From assembly GCA_963797555.1 (NCBI GenBank), contig CAWCPV010000004.1, positions 672,001 through 736,000 on the forward strand: a stretch of 64,000 bases of DNA, in the 5' to 3' direction. The DNA comes from an uncultured Gammaproteobacteria bacterium (GTDB taxonomy: Bacteria > Pseudomonadota > Gammaproteobacteria > CAWCPV01). The position numbers and the translations under genes were made by a program. Positions 21,913 through 34,414 of the stretch are shown here, in pieces (the stretch's first letter is position 1; every line of letters begins with the position of its first letter). The notes below the pieces were generated by a model that made no database searches, was not told the DNA's origin, and worked only from the letters and a program-made list of their open reading frames with translations.

Positions 21913-22550
21913 TCAATTCCTGTCGACCAGAACCGACATCCCGGGACGCAGCCCGTTCACCTTCTCGACCGGACGCGCCCGGATCTCAAAGGTCTTGATG
22001 TCATAGCCGCTCGACTGGCGCGTCGCGCGCCAGGTCGCGTACTCACCCTTGGGACTGATGTAGTATACGGAAAAGGTAACCGGGCGGTCGCCGAGGGCGG
22101 GCACTTTGCCGGTGATCTGCGTGCCGATCTTGATCGCCGTGAGCTCGTTCTCGCGCAGATTGAACACTGCCCACACATCATCCAGATTGACCAGGCTCAT
22201 GATGGGGAATCCGGTCGGCGCAAGCTCGCCCCGATGCAGCACCACCTTGTCGACTTCCCCGGAAATGGGCGACTTAAGTGCGGTGTCTGCAGCCAAGGCC
22301 TGGACTTCCTGTACGCCCGCACCCGCGCCGCGGCGTGACATCGGCTGCGGCGAGAAGTTCCTCCTTGCGGAAACCGTTGAGCGTGAGGTCGTATTGCGCG
22401 CGTGCGGCCTTTTGCACAGCCAGCGCCGAGCGGTACGCAGTTTCGACCTCATCGTTGCGTTGCCGTGAAACCAGACCCTCTTTGTAGAGCACGTTGATAC
22501 GCTTATAGGTCGTATTGGCCAGGCTGGCTGCGGAGACCGCATTCTCCCAG
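21913..22550 (-). pseudogene. HlyD-family periplasmic adaptor, 5'-truncated and frameshifted
   Basis: LKSPISGEV, YATWRATRQSSGYDIKTFEIRARP, GLRPGMSV. Confidence 0.82.
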
Positions 22551-22808
22551 TTGGCGCGCGGCGATAACGTCGATCCCGGCTGACGCCAACCGGGTGAGAT
22601 GTTCGTCCCGCCGCCCAGGATCGACCGTGTGGACGACCTTCTCGCTGCATGCCAAACCGTCCTTGATGAACAGAAGTAGCGTGCCATACTGCTCGTCAGG
22701 ACTGCTGAGGAACGCGCAGATATGAGCGCGGGCGCCAAGCATTGAACCACACAGGCGAATGGGGCGGCTGCTTGTTCGCGGGGACCCGCCGCCAGGCTCG
22801 ATGTTCAT
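22550..22808 (-). pseudogene. MEDS sensory domain N-terminal fragment
   Basis: HICAFLSSPDEQYGTLLLFIKDGLAC.EK..HTVDP..RDEHL.RL..AGIDV, fused directly to the HlyD remnant. Confidence 0.65.
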
Positions 22809-22818
22809 CGCCGCTCAC

Positions 22819-23100
22819 TTAATCTAAGGTGGTGAGCTCTGCGAGGTCATCGGCGATGAACACAGCCAGCATGCTCGCCAGCTCCGTTGCGCTTGCGTTC
22901 TCGCTGACCAGATGCTCGCTGCCGGGCGGCTCGAAGAAGCTCTCGCCGGCTGACCGGTCCGGTCGCTGAATTCTCCGAGCGGATGGCGTCCGAGAGCACG
23001 TAAGCGAACACACTGCCGACGTGGTGATGCTTGACGGACTTTTCGCCCGGCGCGTAGGTGACGACGACCGCCGTGAGCCTCTTGCTGGGTACGTTGGGTT
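22819..23100 (-). pseudogene. Cupin-domain protein fragment
   Basis: PNVPSKRLTAVVVTYAPGEKSVKHHH..SVFAYVLS and GESFFEPPGSEHLVSENAS. Confidence 0.7.
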
Positions 23101-23716
23101 GCGAGCAGCAGGGCCTGGCTCCGACTGATCCGCCCGGCCGGGATGCTCGCATCGGCCGCACGCAAGCGCGGCAGCATTTCGGACTTTTCCCTCCCCGGTG
23201 ACCAGCCAGAGAATTCGCCGGGAGCGATTGAGCATGGGATAGGTCAACGTCATCCGCAGCCTCTTCTGGTACACGCCGGTCAGTGCGACGTCGCGGTCGG
23301 GGATCTCCAGGACCGGATCGCCGGGAACGAGCGACGCCGTATGGCCGTCCGAGCCGAGTCCCAGGTAGGCGAGATCGAGCACCGGCGGCGAGCCGGCGGT
23401 GTGCTGGAGCGTCCTGGCATAGCTCGCGGCGGCCGACTCGAGGTCGTCCTCTTCGACCGGCGTGGCGTAGATCTGGCGGGGCGGCAGCGGTGCCTGCTCG
23501 AGCAGGCTCTCGCGCAGATGCGTGAGGTTGCGCTCGGCGTCTCCGGCCGGCGCGACGCGCTCGTCCACCTGGAACACGTGCACGTTTTCCCACGGCCGCT
23601 CCTCGCTCCCCAGAGGCTCGCAGCATGATCCACGGGGTGTGGCCGCCGCTCACGGCCAGCGCGAAGCGGCCGCGCGCGGCAACCGCATCGGCATCGGCGC
23701 GCACTTCTATCTTCAT
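23100..23716 (-). pseudogene. pgl: 6-phosphogluconolactonase (frameshifted, short N-terminal deletion, 3' end lost)
   Basis: RFALAVSGG.TP, HVFQVDER, LGLGSDGHTASL, RMTLTYPML. Confidence 0.82.
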
Positions 23717-23730
23717 CGCCGCACTCCCCG

Positions 23731-25107
23731 CTACGGCGCGACGGTCGGGTTTTGCCAGCCGCCGGGCGGCGTGACGCTTTCGCCGACCCCCTTCGGCCCC
23801 CAGGTGCCGGGCTCGTACTCGTACACCGGCGTGCGCGCTTTCAACACCGGGTCGACGATGCGCCACGCCTCTTCGACGTAGTCCTCGCGCGCGAACAGCG
23901 TGCGGTCGCCGCTCATGGCGTCGCCGAGCACGCGCTCGTAGGCGTCCATCTCTTCCGCACCGGGACGGCGACTGGCGAGCAGCTCGACCCGCTGGCCGAC
24001 CTCCTTGTCTTCGGCGTCCATCACCGTCGCGCCTAGCGCGATGGCGACCTCGGGACCGATGCGGAACCGGAAATGGTTCGGTATCCCGGGACACGAGGCG
24101 AAGATCCTCGGCGCAGGGCGCAAGCGGACGGTGACCTCGGTGCAGGTCACCGGCAGCGACTTGCCCGCCCGGATGAAGAACGGTACCCCCTGCCAGCGCC
24201 AGGAATCGATCTCGAGCCGCAGCGCCGCGAAGGTCTCCACCTTGGAATCCGGCGCGACGCCCGGCTCCTCGCGGTAGCCGCGGAACTGGCCCCGCACCAA
24301 GTCCTTTGCGTCGAGCGGCGGAATCGACTTGAGGACCTTGACCTTCTCGTCTCGCATCGATTCGCTGTCGGTTCTCGCCGGCGGCTCCATCGCCAGGTTG
24401 GCGAGCACCTGGAACAGATGATTCTGGATCACGTCGCGCACCGTGCCCGTCTGGTCATAGAAAGCGCCGCGGCCCTGGACACCGAAGCTCTCGGCCATCG
24501 TGATCTGTACGCTCTCGATGAACTCGCGGTTCCAGAACGACTCCAGGAACGCGTTCGCGAAGCGGAAGAAGACCATGTTCTGCACCGGCCGCTTGCCGAG
24601 GTAGTGGTCGATGCGGAAGATGTGCGCCTCGTCGAAGGCGGCCAGCAGGATCTTGTTCAGCTCGCGCGCCGATTCGAGGTCGTGGCCGAACGGCTTCTCG
24701 ACGACGACGCGGGCGCCGCGGGTGCAGCCCGATTTGGCGAGCTGCTCGACGACCGTGCCGAACAGTGCCGGCGGGATCGCGAGGTAATACGCCGGGCGTT
24801 GCGCGGCGCCTAACTCCCTGCGGATCGCCTGGAACGTCGCCGGGTCCGCATAGTCGCCGCTCACATAGCGCAGCAGGCCCGAGAGCTTGTCGAAGGCCCC
24901 GGCATCGAGCCCGCCGTGCTCCTCCAGGCTGTCGCGCGCCCGCGCCTTGAGCCGATCGAGGTCCCAGCGCGACCTCCCGACGCCGATCACCGGCGCATCG
25001 AGGTGGCCGCGTTTCAGCATCGCTTGCAGCGATGGGAAGATCTTCTTGTAGACGAGATCGCCGGTTGCGCCGAAAACGACGAGTGCGTCGGATTGGAATT
25101 CGCTCAT
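23731..25107 (-). CDS. zwf: Glucose-6-phosphate 1-dehydrogenase
   Basis: [42 protein letters not shown]. Confidence 0.95.
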   Translation of the reverse strand: MSEFQSDALVVFGATGDLVYKKIFPSLQAMLKRGHLDAPVIGVGRSRWDLDRLKARARDSLEEHGGLDAGAFDKLSGLLRYVSGDYADPATFQAIRRELGAAQRPAYYLAIPPALFGTVVEQLAKSGCTRGARVVVEKPFGHDLESARELNKILLAAFDEAHIFRIDHYLGKRPVQNMVFFRFANAFLESFWNREFIESVQITMAESFGVQGRGAFYDQTGTVRDVIQNHLFQVLANLAMEPPARTDSESMRDEKVKVLKSIPPLDAKDLVRGQFRGYREEPGVAPDSKVETFAALRLEIDSWRWQGVPFFIRAGKSLPVTCTEVTVRLRPAPRIFASCPGIPNHFRFRIGPEVAIALGATVMDAEDKEVGQRVELLASRRPGAEEMDAYERVLGDAMSGDRTLFAREDYVEEAWRIVDPVLKARTPVYEYEPGTWGPKGVGESVTPPGGWQNPTVAP

Positions 25108-25127
25108 CTTGCCCTCGCTCCATCCGC

Positions 25128-26150
25128 CTATGGCGTGCCGTCCGACTTTTCCAGGTGCCCGCCGAACGCGTAGCGCATCGCCGAGAGCAGCTTGTTCTGG
25201 AAGTCCGCTTCGCCGCGCGAGCTGAACCGCTCGTAGAGCGCGGTCGTGAGCACCGGTGCCGGCACGGCCTCGTCGATGGCGGCCTGGATGGTCCAGCGCC
25301 CTTCGCCCGAGTCGGACACCCGGCCCCCGAACTTCGCGAGCGCCGGGTCTTCCAGCAGCGCGCTTGCGGTGAGATCCAGCAGCCAGGAGGCGATGACGCT
25401 GCCGCGCCGCCACACCTCTGCGATGTCGGGCAGGTCGAGGTCGTACTGGTAGTGTTCGGGGTCGCGCAAGGGCGTCGTCTCGGCGTCGATCGCGTGTGTC
25501 TGCTTGCCGACGTTGGCGGCGCGCAGGATGCCGAGCCCCTCGGCATACGCGGCCATGATGCCGTACTCGATGCCGTTGTGCACCATCTTGACGAAGTGCC
25601 CGGCGCCGTTCGGCCCGCAGTGCAGATAGCCGTGCTCCGCGGTGCCGCCCACCTTGTCGCGGCCGGGGGTGCGCGGGATATCGCCGACGCCCGGGGCGAG
25701 GGTCTTGAAGATCGGGTCGAGGCGCTGTACCGCCTGGTCCGGTCCCCCGATCATCATGCAGTAGCCGCGCTCCAGGCCCCAGACGCCGCCGCTCGTCCCC
25801 ACGTCCACGTAGTGGATGCCCTGCGGCGCAAGTTCCTTGGCCCGTCGGATATCATCGACGTAATAGGAGTTGCCGCCGTCGATGAGGATGTCCCCGGCCT
25901 CGAGAGCGGGCAGCAGCTCGGCGATGGTCTGGTCCACGACCGCTGCCGGGACCATCAGCCAGACCGCCCGCGGCTTCTCGATCTTCTTCGCGAGATCCGC
26001 GAGCGACGAGGCGCCCACCGCCTTCTCGCGGACCAGTTCTTCCACCGCTTGCGCCGACCTGTCGTAGACCACGCAACGGTGACCTTCCCTGATAAGCCGC
26101 AGCACCATGTTGGCGCCCATCCGGCCCAGACCCACCATTCCCAGTTGCAT
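25128..26150 (-). CDS. gnd: 6-phosphogluconate dehydrogenase (short, decarboxylating)
   Basis: [43 protein letters not shown]. Confidence 0.95.
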   Translation of the reverse strand: MQLGMVGLGRMGANMVLRLIREGHRCVVYDRSAQAVEELVREKAVGASSLADLAKKIEKPRAVWLMVPAAVVDQTIAELLPALEAGDILIDGGNSYYVDDIRRAKELAPQGIHYVDVGTSGGVWGLERGYCMMIGGPDQAVQRLDPIFKTLAPGVGDIPRTPGRDKVGGTAEHGYLHCGPNGAGHFVKMVHNGIEYGIMAAYAEGLGILRAANVGKQTHAIDAETTPLRDPEHYQYDLDLPDIAEVWRRGSVIASWLLDLTASALLEDPALAKFGGRVSDSGEGRWTIQAAIDEAVPAPVLTTALYERFSSRGEADFQNKLLSAMRYAFGGHLEKSDGTP

Positions 26151-26268
26151 CGGTTAATTCCTCTTGCAGAAGAAGTTGCTCGACCACTCGACCTCAGTTC
26201 ACCGGCTCGATTGAGGGTAGCTCGCAGCCGCCCTGTCCTGTCAGGAAGCGGCTTCTCGAAGCCCACGC

Positions 26269-27915
26269 TCAGGAGGAGGCCTCCCTGAGCTTCCGATAGC
26301 GGCGGATGAGCGTATTGGTCGAGCTGTCATGCTGGGGCGCAGGCTCCTGCCCGCCCCCCAGCTCCGGGATAATACGCTGAGCCAATTGCTTGCCCAGCTC
26401 GACGCCCCACTGGTCGAAGGAATCGATGTGCCAGACCGTGCCCTGGGTGAAGACGTTATGCTCGTAGAGCGCCACCAGCTTGCCCAGCGCCGCCGGGGTC
26501 AGCCTCTTCAGCAGAAGGGTGTTGGAGGGCCGGTTGCCCTCGAAGGTCCGGTGGGGCACGAGCCAGTCGGGCGTCCCTTCGGCCTTGACCTCCTGGGGGG
26601 TCTTGCCGAAGGCGAGGGCTTCACCCTGAGCGAACACGTTCGCGAGCAGCATGTCGTGGTGCGGGCCGAGCGGGTTGAGCGCCTGGGCGAAGGCGATGAA
26701 GTCGCACGGCACGAGCCGGGTCCCCTGGTGGATGAGCTGGTAGAAGGAGTGCTGGCCGTTGGTCCCGGGCTCGCCCCAGTAGATCGGGGCGGTGTCGTAA
26801 TCGACCGGCTCCCCGTCGAGCGTCACGTGCTTGCCGTTGCTTTCCATCGTCAACTGCTGGAGATAGGCCGGGAAGCGTTTCAGGTATTGCTCGTAGGGCA
26901 GCACCGCGACCGTCTGCGCACCGAAGAAATTGTTGTACCAGACCGCCAGCAGCCCCATGAGGACGGGCAGGTTCTGCGCAAACGGCGCGCTGCGAAAATG
27001 CTCGTCCATTTCATGGAGGCCGTCGAGGAAGGCGCGGAAGTTTTGCGGGCCGATGGCCAGCATCGTCGAGAGGCCGATCGCCGAGTCCTCGGAGTAGCGC
27101 CCGCCGACCCAGTCCCAGAACCCGAACATGTGGTCGGTATCGATGCCGAAGGTGGCCACTGCTTGGGCGTTCGTCGAAACCGCGACGAAGTGCTTGGCCA
27201 CCGACTTCTCATCGCCCCCGAGACCCGCCAGCGACCAGGCGCGCGCGCTGTGTGCGTTGGTCATCGTCTCCAGCGTCGTGAAGGTCTTCGAGGAGACGAT
27301 GAACAGCGTCTCCTGCGGGTCGAGATCACGCACGGCCTCGACGAAATCGGTGCCATCGATGTTGGACACGAACCGGAAGGTCATGGCCCGGTCGCTGTAA
27401 TGCTTGAGGGCCTCGTAAGCCATCACCGGCCCGAGGTCGGAGCCGCCGATGCCGATATTGATCACGTTGCGGATGCGCTTGCCGGTATGGCCCTTCCACG
27501 CGCCGCTGCGCACCCGTTCGGAGAAATCGGCCATCTTGTCGAGCACGGCGTGGACCTCGGGCACCACGTTCTTCCCGTCGACGACGATGGATGCCCCTCG
27601 CGGAGCGCGCAAGGCCACATGCAGGACAGCGCGCTTTTCCGAGACGTTGATTCTCTCCCCCCGGAACATGGCGTCGATCTGTGCCCGCAGGCCGGATTCC
27701 TCGGCCAGTTGCACGAGCAGCCTCAGGGTTTCTTCCGTGACGCGGTTCTTCGAGTAATCCAGGTACACCCCGACAGCCTCGGCCGCCATGCGCTCACCGC
27801 GCTTCGGGTCCTCGGCGAAGAGCTTGCGGAGGTGCAGTTCCCCGACCTTCTGATGGTGGGCTTCGAGTGCCTTCCAGACGGGGCGTTTGGTGACGGATTC
27901 GGTGGCTGCTGCCAT
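26269..27915 (-). CDS. pgi: Glucose-6-phosphate isomerase
   Basis: [41 protein letters not shown]; AGGAG RBS before the ATG at 27915. Confidence 0.96.
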   Translation of the reverse strand: MAAATESVTKRPVWKALEAHHQKVGELHLRKLFAEDPKRGERMAAEAVGVYLDYSKNRVTEETLRLLVQLAEESGLRAQIDAMFRGERINVSEKRAVLHVALRAPRGASIVVDGKNVVPEVHAVLDKMADFSERVRSGAWKGHTGKRIRNVINIGIGGSDLGPVMAYEALKHYSDRAMTFRFVSNIDGTDFVEAVRDLDPQETLFIVSSKTFTTLETMTNAHSARAWSLAGLGGDEKSVAKHFVAVSTNAQAVATFGIDTDHMFGFWDWVGGRYSEDSAIGLSTMLAIGPQNFRAFLDGLHEMDEHFRSAPFAQNLPVLMGLLAVWYNNFFGAQTVAVLPYEQYLKRFPAYLQQLTMESNGKHVTLDGEPVDYDTAPIYWGEPGTNGQHSFYQLIHQGTRLVPCDFIAFAQALNPLGPHHDMLLANVFAQGEALAFGKTPQEVKAEGTPDWLVPHRTFEGNRPSNTLLLKRLTPAALGKLVALYEHNVFTQGTVWHIDSFDQWGVELGKQLAQRIIPELGGGQEPAPQHDSSTNTLIRRYRKLREASS

Positions 27916-28092
27916 GTCCATGCTCCTTATCGTTACCCTGAGAATGCGCTCGACGCTCCAGGATGGCTGTGGAGATTCCATTGTGGCGGAGCGTCAGCGG
28001 TCCTGTTTCCGGGCGCTCGTCGCGACCAAGGCCGCTCCCACGGGAAGCCGGCGGAACCGCGGCAGGAGCGAGTGTTGCTCCCGATTTGTCCG

Positions 28093-29178
28093 CTACGCAG
28101 CATTGCCGAGCGCCGCACACTTAGACGACAGCACACCCATCAGTTCGTTCCAGGAGGCCACGAAGGACGACGCCCCCTCATCTTGGAGCCTCGCTGCGAG
28201 CGCATCGAGATCGACGCCCGCGGCTGCGAAGCGGGCCAGCACGGCTTCGCAATCGCCACCGTCGCGGGTCACGGGCGGGTCGAGTTGGCCATGGTCGGCA
28301 AACGCCTTCAAGGTGCCCTCCGGCATCGTGTTCACCGTCAGCGGTGCAGCGAGCTCCTTCACGTAGAGGATGTCGGAGGCGTTGGGGTCTTTGGTGCCGG
28401 TGCTCGCGAAGAGCAGCCGTTGCGGCCGAGCCCCGGCATTGAAGACGCGTTGCCACCGAGGCGACGCAATCAGCTCGGAATACGCGTTGTACGCCTGCTT
28501 GCCGATGGCGATCCCAAGGCGATCGACGAGGTCCTGCGGCACCTTGCCCGCGACCGCAACGTCCCAGCGGCTGATGAACAGGGAGGCGACCGACCCGACC
28601 ACGGGATGGAGTCCCGCGGCGATGCGCCGCTCGATGCCACGCAGATACGCCTCCGCAGCGGCAACGTACTGCGAGCGGGAGAAGAGCAATGTGACGTTCA
28701 CCGGTACGCCGGCGGAGATCGCCTCCTCGATGGCGGACAAGCCTTCGCGCGTCCCCGGAATCTTGATGAAGAGGTTGGGGCGGCCGGCGCGCGCGTGCAG
28801 ATCCTTCGCCTCCTGGAGCGTGGTCTTCGCGTCGCGTGCGAGCAGCGGTGAGACCTCCAGGGAGACCCAGCCATCGACGCCCGCCGTGCGCTCGTAGATG
28901 GGGCGGAACAGATCCGCCGCCGCAGTGATGTCTTCCAGCGCGAGCTCGAAAAACAGGCTCTCGTCGGACTTGCCGGCATCGAGTTTCTGGCGGATCGCGG
29001 CGTCGTAGGCTGTGCTGTTCTTGATCGCATGATCGAAGATGGTGGGGTTGGACGTGAGCCCGGTCACCGAGAGCTCATCGATGTAGTGCTTGAGCGTGCC
29101 GCTGGTGAGCAGGCCGCGTGTGATGTTGTCGAGCCAGAGGCTCTGACCGAGATCATGGAGTTCTTGCGTCGCTTTCAT
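28093..29178 (-). CDS. tal: Transaldolase
   Basis: GQSLWLDNI, GLTSNPTIF, FIKIPGT, NVTLLFS, ASTGTK. Confidence 0.95.
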   Translation of the reverse strand: MKATQELHDLGQSLWLDNITRGLLTSGTLKHYIDELSVTGLTSNPTIFDHAIKNSTAYDAAIRQKLDAGKSDESLFFELALEDITAAADLFRPIYERTAGVDGWVSLEVSPLLARDAKTTLQEAKDLHARAGRPNLFIKIPGTREGLSAIEEAISAGVPVNVTLLFSRSQYVAAAEAYLRGIERRIAAGLHPVVGSVASLFISRWDVAVAGKVPQDLVDRLGIAIGKQAYNAYSELIASPRWQRVFNAGARPQRLLFASTGTKDPNASDILYVKELAAPLTVNTMPEGTLKAFADHGQLDPPVTRDGGDCEAVLARFAAAGVDLDALAARLQDEGASSFVASWNELMGVLSSKCAALGNAA

Positions 29179-29409
29179 CGTGGCACCTTCGTTAGCAGAC
29201 TGTCGGACTTAACGAGGGGAACAATGGCCTGCGGAGTCCCCTTGACCTCGGAACGCTCTGGTGGCCGGATCGAAGGGTGCGAACTGCAGCCCCTCTCGCG
29301 TCTTGGAGAGGACATAGCACGCACGCGCCGCGTTAACGATCGACAAGGTCCATGGGGTCCGCTGAGATGGGCCGGGTCATCGCCATGCTCCTTGCCATCC
29401 CCGGGCGCC

Positions 29410-29820
29410 AAGGTAGATCTCTCGCCCGTGGCCGATGTCCATCACCAAGATCAGAAGCCGGTCATCGTGGATGTCGTAGAGGACGCGATAATCACCGACG
29501 CGCATTCGCCAGGCATTCCTACCGCTGAGCGTCTTGACTCCACGCGGTCTGGGTTCATCGGCCAGGCCACGATCACATGGGCGATCCGGTCCCGGTCCTG
29601 TCCGGCAATTCGTGACAGACGCTGGGCCGTTATAGGGAGGGCAACCGGCCTGCCCGAACGGTACCGGCTCCGAGGGCTGCGCCTTGGCCTCGTCGTATGC
29701 GCGAATGTCGTCGAGTTCCTCCAGCTCTTCTTTGATTTGCTGCCATGCGGCAAGCGGCAGCACTACGGCCTCACGGTTTCCCGCTTCATCGACCAGGTAC
29801 TCTTCACGCAGAGTTATCAT
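29410..29820 (-). pseudogene. Degenerate RelBE-type TA pair (antitoxin + RelE fragments)
   Basis: EYLVDEAGNREAVVLP..EELEELDDIRAYDEAK, then PRPRGVKTLSG..WRMRVGDYRVLYDI..VMDIGHGREIY; the junction between them is deleted. Confidence 0.72.
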
Positions 29821-29850
29821 CGCATCATCCATGCTTGCCCAGTGGCCCAT

Positions 29851-29886
29851 TGAGTATACCCGTACCCGAGCGGGCTATGCTGTGGC
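29851..29886. repeat. 36-bp direct repeat, copy 1
   Basis: TGAGTATACCCGTACCCGAGCGGGCTATG(C/T)TGTGGC, also at 35191-35226 with 1 mismatch. Confidence 0.9.
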
Positions 29887-30016
29887 GGCGGGAGGTCTCA
29901 TATTCCTTCACTGACCACCGCCAAACAGTGCCAGCCCCGGAACAACGTTGGCGCTGCATTCCATGGGCAGACAGCGATCGGTGGGCATGCTGTATCGAGC
30001 ACCCCCTTCCGCGAGC

Positions 30017-30048
30017 GATGCGGTTCCCTTCGTTCACCGCATCCTACG
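30017..30048. repeat. GTAG-type REP-like palindrome
   Basis: GATGCGGT..ACCGCATC-CTACG; degenerate copy with the same flanks at ~35703-35743. Confidence 0.65.
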
Positions 30049-30059
30049 CGGGCTCAAGA

Positions 30060-30280
30060 GCTCGTGAGCAGGGTAGCTCACGTTCCGCACGTTCTCTGCA
30101 GCGAATCGGAGAGCTTCGCGGACATCTTCGGCCTCTAGGTCGGGATAAGCAGCAAGTATCTCTGCCTCCGACAATCCATCCGCCCGATCTCGACAACCAC
30201 GGCGACCGGGATCCTCGGTCAGCGGATACACGGGATTCCCCCACCTGCCTCGGATTTACGGTGATTCGTGTAAAGGGCAT
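30060..30280 (-). pseudogene. DUF433 antitoxin (frameshifted)
   Basis: RITVNPRQVG, then DGLSEAEILAAYPDLEAEDVREALRFAA in another frame. Confidence 0.75.
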
Positions 30281-30342
30281 ACCGCTCGTCGCTGACCAGC
30301 CTAGCGCACGAGGGCGAAATCCTGGACGACTACCCCCTCAGC

Positions 30343-33300
30343 TTACAGAGCGCATGCATACTCGTGCACCCAACACAGAGTGTTCACCAGCTCCATCTGC
30401 TCGACCGTGCGGCACTTGATGGCCATCAGCCTCGGATTCGCCACCAGAAGGGCGAGAGACCGGGCGCGCGAAAGGGCGACGTTCAGGCGGTTCTTGCTGT
30501 ACAGGAACTCCATGAACCGCGGCAAATCCTCACCGCTGGAGGTCGCGAGCGAGACGATCACGACTTCGGCCTCCTGCCCCTGGAACTTGTCGATGGTGCC
30601 CACGCGCGCCACGCCGGGGAGCATTTGCTTCAGCAGGTTGACCTGCATGTTGTAGGGGGCGACCACGAGGATGTTCTCCGCCGACACGCTGTGCTCGGCC
30701 CCGTCCCGGTCGCGGTAACGCTGTTCGAGCAGGCTCGAATACAGCTCCAGGACGATCCTCGCCTCCTCGACGCTCCGCTGCGAGCAGCTCTGGTGATCCA
30801 CCGCGACGAACCGAATGCCCGTGGGCCGGACTCCGCGTGCGCACTGGGCTTCAACAGTAGCCGCTGATTCCAGTTGTCCGGGTGGGGATGGAGCCGTCCG
30901 TCGTAAACGGCCTCCGAAATGAAGCGGCAGACATCGTCGTGCATGCGCCAGGTGGTGCCGAGGAACACCCCGTGGTCCATCGGGATCGTCGCCTGCCCCT
31001 CAAGCAGGTAATCGAGCGCCGACTCCCCTGAATGTCCCGGGTGGACGCCCTGGATGGGCTGCTGCAACTGCATCTGGTCGCCCAGGAGAACGATGTTCTT
31101 CGCGCAGGTGCCCATGGCGATGAGGTTCGCCAACGCAACCTGCCCCGCCTCATCCACGAACAGGTAGTCCAGTGCCCGGTCCAGCTCCGGGTCCGCGAAC
31201 AGCCACGCGGTGCCGGCAACGAGTGCGGCGCCGGAGGTGACGACCGCGCCGTTGTCGGCGACATCCTCGATGATCTGTCCGTTGAGAAAGGTCTCCTCGC
31301 TGGTGGATTTCTTGACGCCCCGGAATCGCACGTTCTCTTCCGCCGCGCACCTTTCCACGGCGGCGAGCAGGTTGTTGATGGCCTTGTGGCTGTTCGAGGA
31401 GACGCCGACCCTCGCGCCACGCTGGAGCAGTGCGACGATGACCCGGGAGCCGGTGTAGGTCTTGCCGGCGCCGGGCGGTCCCTGAATGAACAGGTAGCTT
31501 TCCTGAAGCCGGCTCACCGCATCGATGACCTGCACGCCGGCGTCTCCCTCGGTCCCGATCACCGGCGACCCGGCGGGGAGGCCGCGGATCGCCGGACGCT
31601 CCCTCCTCAGAATGGCCTCCAGCGCCGCGTAACGGCGGTCGCCCGCGATGACGCTGTCCGCGAACCGATACAGCGCTTCCTTGAGCACGCCTGTGTCGAT
31701 GGGGCCGGTCGGGATGACGGACAGCCGTTCGGGGAGCACGCCGAACCTCATCCCCAGCTTGATCTGAACGAGGCGCCCGTCCTCGTCGATCGCCTCGATA
31801 AGGCCCGCGCGCTCCAGGGTGTCGGCCCGCAGGCAGTCATCGCCAACGTCGAGCTTGAACTCCTGCGGCGGGTAGCGAAACGTATAGACTACGGAGCGCT
31901 TCACGGTCTGCGGCGGGCGCTCCGGCGTCGCCTGGAGTGCCCCGATGCACTCGGGGTCGTCGACGAGATCCTCCTCGGCCATCTCCCGGCGCGCGAACAT
32001 GGCCCACCACTGCGGCTTCGCGGCGCGCCGGTGGAAGTCGAGGAGCTGGAACACCAGCTCGCGCAGGTGGTCTTCCTGGCCCCACTCCTCGCGGTCGGGC
32101 GGGAGGGCCCCCAGGAGCCTCGCCTCATACTCCGCGAGCCGAGCCTCCGCCTCGTGGACCCGCTCGCTCTTGTCGTCTCCGCCGTCCGCCTGAGGGGTTC
32201 CCGAAAACCAGACCGTGCCCTGCGGACGGATCTCCAGCAGCCAGTTCCGGAGCAAGTACGTCGAGCGGCAGTCATCCTCGTTGTAGGCCCTAATCTGCTC
32301 CAGCAGGGAGGGGTCTTCGGTCTCCCTCCATCGGTCGTAATAGACGATGCTGGCACCGGCATGGGTGACCTCGCCGGTACGCTTGCCCATGTAGAAAGCC
32401 TCCAAGTTCTTGATGGAGTAGCGAGGCTCGGAGACGAGCAGCGCCTCGCGGACCACCTTGTAGAGGTCCACCAGCTTCTCGGCGCGGAGCAGCCGGTCCA
32501 CCTCGGCCTCGCAGGTGCCGTGCAGGGACATGAGCCGCTTGAGCGCGCTCGGCTCGTAGCTTGCGTAGTGATAGATGTGCAGTTTCGGGTAACGGTCCAG
32601 GCGCTCCGTGACGAAGGCCATGAAGCGCTCGAAGCCTTGTCGCTCCTCCTGCCGCGTGTGTGCCCAGAAGGGCTGGAACCGCGGGCTGCCGTCTTCCAGG
32701 TAGACCACGCCGAAGAGATACTCCAGCCCTCCGTCTTCGAAGGGATCGCCTTCCATGTCGAAGAACAGGTCGCCCGGGTCCGGCCTCGGGAGCCGGCGGA
32801 ATCCCCGAATCTCAGCCGGATCGGTCTTTCGCAACTCGTACCGGTCCGAGCCGGTTTCGCGTTTGCAGAGCTGGAGGCTGGCCTGACCGCGGAGACGCTC
32901 CAGGGTCTCGGCCTGCATGGCAGCCACCCGCTGGCCTGCCGGAAGGCGGGCGAGCGCGGCGAGCGTGCGGACGCCGCCCGCGTTCAGCTTCTCGATCTGG
33001 ACCTTGGTGATGTTCGCGACCTGGTTCAGGTGGTCGTCTTGCTCCCAACGCGCCCGGCACAAGTCCCGCCAGTGGCAGAGGGCGCAGTGGGCACACGCTT
33101 CCGGATAAGTCTCCGGCAGAACCCCGCCCAAGCGCTCCAGGAACCGCGCCTTGACCGCACGGTAGTAGCGAAAGTAGTTGGCGACGCGAAAGCTTTCCTC
33201 CGTCCCGTCGCCGAGCACGACGTGCATCCGCTGCGGCAGAAGACCTTGCGCGTCGGCCAGTAGGTCGGAGTACAGACAAAGCTGGATGATGAACTTCGCC

Positions 33301-33723
33301 TTCGCGCTCCTGGCGAGCTTGGTGTCGACCACTTCGTAGCCGTAATCGCCCAGTGCCGAATGTCCATCGGCCCGGCGCAGGAAGTCGGCGTATCCCGTGA
33401 ACTCCCCCGCGTGCAGGCAGGCCTGGTAGATGACCTCGGCGCCTTGGGCCATCGCCTCCCGAGTCGCCTCGACGGCGGCATCGAGGTCCTTCGTTTCCGT
33501 TTTCAACGTCCGCGACCACTGTCCCGGCCGCTCGTAGCGCGTGGAGGTATCTCGCTTCGTGTTCGAAGCCTTTGGCCTGAACGAGCTCGATCTGCTCGTC
33601 CTCGTCCGCCCTCGGCAACGGCGTGTCGAGGGCGACGCGGTCGAGCGTCGTGAGGTGCTCGCACTCGAGAAAGTTGACCAGGTCGCTGGCAGAGAAGAGC
33701 AGCTTGCCGTTACGGATATTCAT
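30343..33723 (-). CDS. TM0106-family RecB-like nuclease fused to SF1 helicase (2 frameshifts)
   Basis: FSASDLVNFLECEH, YADFL..YEVVDTKLA, FFDMEGDP, YSIKNLE, YNEDDC, QGPPGAGKT, VDEAGQ, GDQMQL, GTIDKFQGQE, NRLNVALSRA. Confidence 0.88.
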
Positions 33724-33900
33724 CTGCCGCGGGTCCAGCAGCCAGAGGGCGGGAAGACAGCCTCAAAACTTGCTCGATCCACTCTGCCCATGGTCGAGGG
33801 GACTCGGCCGTTCCGGGCCGAATGCCGCAATCCAGTCAGCCGCTCTGCGGTATCGGTATAGGGCTTGACGCATGCCACTACACCCTGCTTTGGGTATCAC

Positions 33901-33997
33901 CGTCATTCCGGCATGGATTGCCGGAATCCAGAGCCATGGAGGGCTCTTCCAGGACGTCCCTATGTCCTGGATTCCGCCATTCCCTGGCGGAATGACG
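33901..33997. repeat. Double-hairpin palindromic element (ATTCCG-N-CGGAAT type)
   Basis: Terminal inverted repeat CGTCATTCCG/CGGAATGACG with two internal hairpins and a GGAATCCAG/CTGGATTCC pair. Confidence 0.8.
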
Positions 33998-34111
33998 AGA
34001 TGTGTGTGATGAACCGGATAGGCCGGACGTGGGCAGACTGTCTAGCCCTGCAGCGTTCCACGGGAGCAAGGCGGATACGGTTCGACCCACAGCGATTCGT
34101 CCAAGCACAAG

Positions 34112-34414
34112 TTAGCGAAGCTGTATGCGCGAGCGCCAGTAACCGGGTTGCCGTGCATGGTGTGCCAGAGCGAAGACCACAATACCGTCTTTCTCCGGCC
34201 GGTAGATGATGGAGAACGGAAATCCCCTGACAAACACACGGAGTGTACTTGCCGCCGACGGCGACCCTGTCTCGGGAAACGCGAGCGCCCGTGCAGTTGC
34301 TTCCTCGACCGCTGCGGCAAAACGCTCTCCCAAGCCGCCCTGGGCCTGCCCATAGTACGCCACCTCAGCAAGAAATTCTTGACGCGCTGCTGCAACGAAC
34401 CGTACGCGTTTCAC
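34112..34414 (-). CDS. ParE/RelE-family toxin
   Basis: AARQEFLAEVAYY..GLGERF, FPFSIIYR, VFALAHHARQPGYW. Confidence 0.85.
   Translation of the reverse strand: MKRVRFVAAARQEFLAEVAYYGQAQGGLGERFAAAVEEATARALAFPETGSPSAASTLRVFVRGFPFSIIYRPEKDGIVVFALAHHARQPGYWRSRIQLR

Noticed and set aside
26329-28851. Long antisense or alternate-frame ORFs (840 aa here; also 31032-33263, 50932-53757, 60882-62792)
   Set aside because: Shadow ORFs from high-GC codon bias, overlapping well-supported genes.
30343-33723. Programmed frameshifting in the TM0106 helicase
   Set aside because: Indels fall in or near short homopolymer/low-complexity runs like other probable errors in the window; no evidence for recoding.
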